A DNA stretch of 64,000 nucleotides from Fistulifera solaris (lineage: Eukaryota): contig AP026132.1 of assembly GCA_030295235.1 (NCBI GenBank), positions 496,001 to 560,000 of the forward strand, in the 5' to 3' direction. Below are positions 60,598 through 64,000 of the stretch, piece after piece (within the stretch, counting starts at the first letter, position 1; every line of letters begins with the position of its first letter). Under the pieces are notes generated by a model. It was not told where the DNA came from and did no database searches. It saw only the letters and a list, made by a program, of their open reading frames with translations. The position numbers and the translations under genes are program-made.

Positions 60598-62315
60598 ATG
60601 ACCCCGATCTCCAAGCACGTTCATGACGTCACTCATTTTGAAAACGCTACGAGCTACGAAAAAGACCGCGATGACGATGGGAGCGAACCGAAGATTCACG
60701 AAAACAGCAAAGATTCCGCTTCGAAGCAAAACAACTTTGGGTCCAAAAGACCCAAAGTCATACGCTCCAATCAACAGATATATCTGAACAGCACCGGTCA
60801 ATCCAAGGGAGCCGTGCGTGTCGTCATTGTACCTGTGGCGGTCGTGAGAAAACAACAGAGACCCCATCATTCCGTTCCTTCGCCCATCACTCTGTCAAAG
60901 CATTTTTCGCTCTTAGTCTCATGTCGCCTCTTGAAGTTTGGACCGCTGCGCAACTGATGGGTGATGGATCATCCAATGTGACGAGCGATCCGATGCTCTG
61001 GGGTGTACCTGGTCATTTGACCCAAGCAGAGACGGATGCATTCTTTCGATTCAAGGAAGAAATCGAAAAGCGAGGAGGCGATTTTCGCTCGACTGTGTAC
61101 TCGTTTGGGGAAGAGGAAGGAGAAGCATGGGCGCTTTGTCGCTGGCTCCGTGCTCGTAAGTTCGTGGTCGCGGACGTCATCACTATGGTGGAACAAGCCG
61201 TAGAAACCAGCTCCGAACCGAGAGCGAAGGGATTCTACCCAAATCCGGTCGATGCACTGGGTTGTGATGCGAGGTTATTCTTTGCTAACTATCCCCAGCT
61301 GTATCATGGTGTATCGAACAATGGAGTTGTTGTATTCTTTTCGAAGCCTGGCATTCTTAGCGTAGATGGAATGGAGTGCATTACGACACTAGAAGGAATT
61401 CTTCGTTTCCACTGGCACATTATGATGCACGACTTTTCTCGCCGCCTTCGTGATTTAAAGGCCAAAGACCCCAACTTCAAACGGTAAGTTTTTTTCGAAC
61501 GTTGAAGCAATTGGCTGACAAAGTTTTAAAACGCTAACATTCTGCGATTTTCAGGTTTGAATGTTTTTGTGTACTCGACCTAAACGGACTAACAATGGCA
61601 CAGCTAACGCGAAAAGCCTTAGCCATCGTCAAGGAACAAGCCGCCATCGACTCGGTTTGCTTTCCGGAGACAATGAGCAAAATGCTGATTATTAACAGCC
61701 CTTCATTCTTTGCTACGTCTTGGCGTCTGATCAAATCGTGGTTAGATCCTCGAACGGCAAGCAAAATCGAAGTCATTGCCGGGAAAGCGCAAAGCGAAAA
61801 GAGACTTTTGGAGCTCATCCCCAAAGCTGAGTTGCCTTCGGACTACGGTGGTACCGCGAAGGACACGAATGCGATCATTATGGAAGATTTTGGAGGCGAC
61901 GCAGATAGGATGGAGACGCACATCATGTACCTGCGGTAAGTGATGTAAAGATAGAAAACAAAGAGAGTAGATGCAATCATTCTCACAGTATGTTCGTCAC
62001 ATCCAAAGTGGTCATAATTCACAGACCTTGGAAGTTGGCGCCAACGAAAGTGTCACGATCACTGTCTACACACGATCAACCTCTGGTGCGGTGTTCACTT
62101 TGCATGACAACAAGCAAAAGACTATGATCCAGGATGGTGTCGTAGCTATAGATAGATCGGAAAACGAGGACGATCCAGTCGATACGCGGATGACTGTCTT
62201 GACGGAGAAACCTATTGCAGGACCTGCATCCCTGAAGATTAAAGTCGATTCGAAAGCAGGGAGATTTACCACCCAGAACTACTTCTTGGTGTTTGCTTAT
62301 AAAAACAAAAACTAA
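60598..62315 (+). CDS. SEC14/CRAL-TRIO lipid-binding protein with a C-terminal GOLD-like domain
   Basis: GVPGHLT, LCRWLRARKF, CVLDLNGL, CFPETMSKMLIINSP, WRLIKSWLDPRTASKI, LPSDYGG. Introns ~61484-61554 and ~61936-62008. The start is uncertain (60598 with a frameshift at ~60905, or 60921). Confidence 0.9.
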
Positions 62316-62359
62316 GCCGAGGTCAAGTACAAACATGTAAACATTCAGTATTTAACCTA

Positions 62360-64000
62360 TTAGATGTACTCCTCCTGCACTGTTGCGCGCCACGCATCCA
62401 AAGCATTGTCAAGTACTTCCAGGGACTTATTACTGATCGGGCGTTTCCTTCTGCTCCTTACCAAGCAGCTTGCCATCGTGTGGTCCAAGCGAAGACCGGG
62501 GACGGTCTTTCTATCCAAAGCCGTCTTCACGGCCTTTTCATCTGTCGGGGCAACAGCAATCATTTGTTCTTCTAAAGCCTCGAGTTCCTCAATAATCCTC
62601 TTCTCATCAGCAGGATTGACCAGGTGATATAAATCTCCAATAACGAAACGAGTAATGGCAACGTTCTTTACTTTCTTTTGAAGAAGAATAGCAAAGTCTT
62701 CAATATCACTGGAAGATAATCCTGCAGCAATGGAGAGAATCTCCATTACCGAGTCGAGTGCGCCGAACTCTTGCTCAATGACCCGCGCCAAGGTTGGCAT
62801 AGCGTCGACAAGACCCTCAAAATATTCACGAATGATAAGAATATCGGCTCTCATTCGCCCTAATGCCATCATATTGTCACCGAATGCACCAGCACGATTG
62901 TCGTTGTGAGCGGAAGACTTGCTCAGCAAGGACTTGATGTAAAAATTAACGCTGGAAGCGACCTGGGCTTCAACGGCTTTCTGAACCATCACCTCGTCTA
63001 GGAACTCCTCCAGATCCTCCATGAAATCATCCAATGTTCTTACAAGCGTCAAAGCCAACTCGTTGTGAGTTAGGTTCCTCTCCCATTCCAAACCGAATAG
63101 CTCGGTCGAAATAGCATCTTCAATTGGCTCGAAACAATACACATGAGTTTTCTGCGCTGCATATACGGCGTCCGCGCTATACAAGGCAAGAATGGTGAAT
63201 GACTGCTCTTCGAGTGTGTCGATGGCAGCCTTCGGCAAGTCGCACTCGTCTTTAATTTCTTCGATTATCTCTTCACACTTCTCGCTCATACGAACAAAAT
63301 CATTAGCAGCTGCGCAACATGTCTCAAAGTCGATACAGAAGCTTTCGCGTGATTCAATTTGCTTCTTGTACAAAGTCTGCAATACGACACCCACAGCCTG
63401 GGCCATTGCTTCAGATCGTCGTGTCAGACGGTCTCGAATAGTTCGCAACTGTGTTCCCGCCACAGCAAATACATCCTCGCATAACGATGTGACCAAGCGA
63501 CCCTCCGAAGTTTGTGTTCGCATATGTTTGTCTCGGTTGCTGCAAGGAAACCAAGTTTCAAAGTTAGAAATGAAACAGGAATGACAATTGCTTGCAGTAA
63601 TAATAATTGAACGTACCCGTAAACGTTTGCGAGCCACTCTCGGGTCTGATTTTGTGTTCGACGAAGGAAGTCAACCTTGGCCATATCATGAACTTCCCAT
63701 AACGTACTTTGTACCCAAGCCAGACTATCGCGGGCAACTTCAATATCAACCTTCTTGCCATCGTCGGAAAGGAGATTGGGTGGCTTATCGTTGTATCCAC
63801 GCTTCGAAGTGCTTTCGCCCAGATTGGGGAACGTTTCTTCGATGATATCGCGGAAAGTCTCTACCCAGGCAACTAAATCAAGCAACTGTGCCGCAGACAA
63901 GGATTCGAGATTTCTACCCTCGAGACCTCCGATCTGTTGGAGAATATTTGTGGAGCACACATGAGCTACACATGTAGTCCACAAAGTCTCAATTTCCCAG
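62360..64000 (-). CDS. SEC6: Exocyst subunit Sec6/EXOC3 (5'-partial)
   Basis: All-helical CATCHR-like sequence: LLDLVAWV, GRLVTSLCEDVF, CCAAANDF, ELFGLEWE, TLVRTLDDFMEDLEEFL. Intron 63540-63616. Confidence 0.72.

Noticed and set aside
21477..64000. Apparent cluster of trafficking/SDV genes (silicanin-like, VPS13, GPR107, EHD, SEC22, VHA-H, sulfotransferase, SEC14, SEC6)
   Set aside because: They are interspersed with unrelated genes in mixed orientation, and trafficking genes are common. There is no evidence of enrichment without a genome-wide test.

Overview
Gene-dense eukaryotic nuclear DNA with short GT-AG introns of about 60-125 nt. It is most likely from a pennate diatom, inferred from ASAFAP-type bipartite plastid presequences, a theta-type carbonic anhydrase, a silicanin-like protein and a CoDi-type Ty1/copia element. 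About 24 host protein genes are supported: a partial NB-ARC protein, MANF, an MSP1-like AAA ATPase, two coiled-coil proteins, POP1, a silicanin-like protein, VPS13, GPR107/108, theta-CA/LCIB, an atypical SDR, TIM10, an NB-ARC-TPR protein, an S1-domain PSRP-7-like protein, a PSRP6-like protein, an EHD-like protein, SEC22, a TM-PDZ protein, V-ATPase subunit H, a sulfotransferase, a stand-alone tRNA-binding OB protein, a ferredoxin, a UBA-MINDY protein, RPC9, SEC14-GOLD and a partial SEC6. A full-length 6.8-kb LTR retrotransposon (12379-19173, minus strand) sits in a divergent promoter. Many genes carry single-base frameshifts in homopolymer runs, which I read as unpolished long-read errors rather than pseudogenes. 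The most interesting signals are: two paralogous APAF-1/NLR-like STAND NTPases sharing an unrecognised N-terminal helical domain (one is absent from the ORF track); a head-to-head pair of PSRP-7-like and PSRP6-like plastid ribosomal protein genes; a theta-CA with a cryptic thylakoid-lumen (Tat) signal; a signal-peptide EHD without an EH domain; and a MINDY-family protein lacking its catalytic His. All family assignments come from motif recognition by eye; no database search was run.
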